From an uncultured Dehalococcoides sp. (GTDB lineage: Bacteria > Chloroflexota > Dehalococcoidia > UBA2979): a DNA stretch of 64,000 nt. The translations under genes were made by a program, and so were the position numbers. The stretch is taken from assembly GCA_964628985.1 (NCBI GenBank), contig CAZVNJ010000003.1, positions 15,977 to 79,976 on the forward strand, read 5' to 3'. Shown one piece after another: positions 63,940 to 64,000 of this stretch (position 1 is the stretch's first letter; each line of letters begins with the position of its first letter). The notes under the pieces were generated by a model. The model saw only the letters and a program-made list of their open reading frames with translations. It was not told where the DNA came from and ran no database searches.

Positions 63940-64000
63940 CCCCTCGGTACGCAGACGGGCGTGAAGGCGCTGGATGAGCACATGGCGGACGGCGGCTGAG

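Noticed and set aside
1-64000. CRISPR arrays, rRNA, IS elements, prophage genes
   Set aside because: No regularly spaced direct repeats, no rRNA-like conserved stretches, and no transposase, integrase or phage structural motifs were seen in any frame.
63898-64000. Partial minus-strand ORF entering from the window end (...AAVRHVLIQRLHARLRTEGVPLRGTQAPNTSS*)
   Set aside because: Only 33 codons are visible and there is no motif. It could be the C-terminus of a real convergent gene, but it is not supportable from this fragment.

Overview
This is a densely coding, visibly GC-rich bacterial chromosomal window, far above 60% GC by eye. Shine-Dalgarno sites are strong (GGAGG-type), GTG/TTG starts are frequent, and many adjacent genes are coupled by ATGA/GTGA overlaps. 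I support about 58 protein-coding genes, one tRNA-Lys(UUU), and no rRNA, CRISPR array, integrase or transposase. The high GC produces many long antisense ORFs in the track; I rejected these wherever the opposite strand carries a protein with clear family signatures.

Highlights:
(1) A same-strand operon encoding a circularly permuted type-2 ATP-grasp protein (5556-7013), an alpha-E (DUF403) protein (4587-5546) and a proteasome-like Ntn hydrolase of the Anbu type (3719-4489). This is the conserved 'peptide-tagging/Anbu' neighbourhood, but here it lacks the transglutaminase-like gene that normally sits between alpha-E and Anbu. It is bracketed upstream by a hybrid PAS histidine kinase and downstream, beyond tRNA-Lys, by a GAF/PAS histidine kinase plus a stand-alone receiver.
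(2) An unusual ABC module (12065-20481). Two divergently transcribed giant (1120 and 1133 aa) double-FtsX-domain permeases start 32 bp apart. They are followed by two different ATPases, the first carrying a C-terminal AbrB/MazE-like swapped-hairpin extension. The module is flanked by secreted proteins, including a protein with five IPT/TIG repeats.
(3) A copZ-csoR-copA copper-efflux operon whose CopZ-like HMA protein is fused to an uncharacterised Cys/His-rich domain. An array of TACCC/GGGTA inverted repeats (CsoR-operator-like) precedes it. CHRD and cupredoxin lipoprotein genes lie nearby.

Other content: vapBC next to a 1416-aa Lhr helicase; an esterase/alpha-beta-hydrolase-rich stretch; a fused tandem family-III CoA-transferase; a MaoC hot-dog pair; an LhgO-like FAD oxidase overlapping a sugar nucleotidyltransferase; two ClpS paralogs; an ArfB-like GGQ protein with an extra domain; argC; and an ECF sigma/anti-sigma pair.

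All domain calls come from reading motifs in the translated ORFs. No database search was possible.
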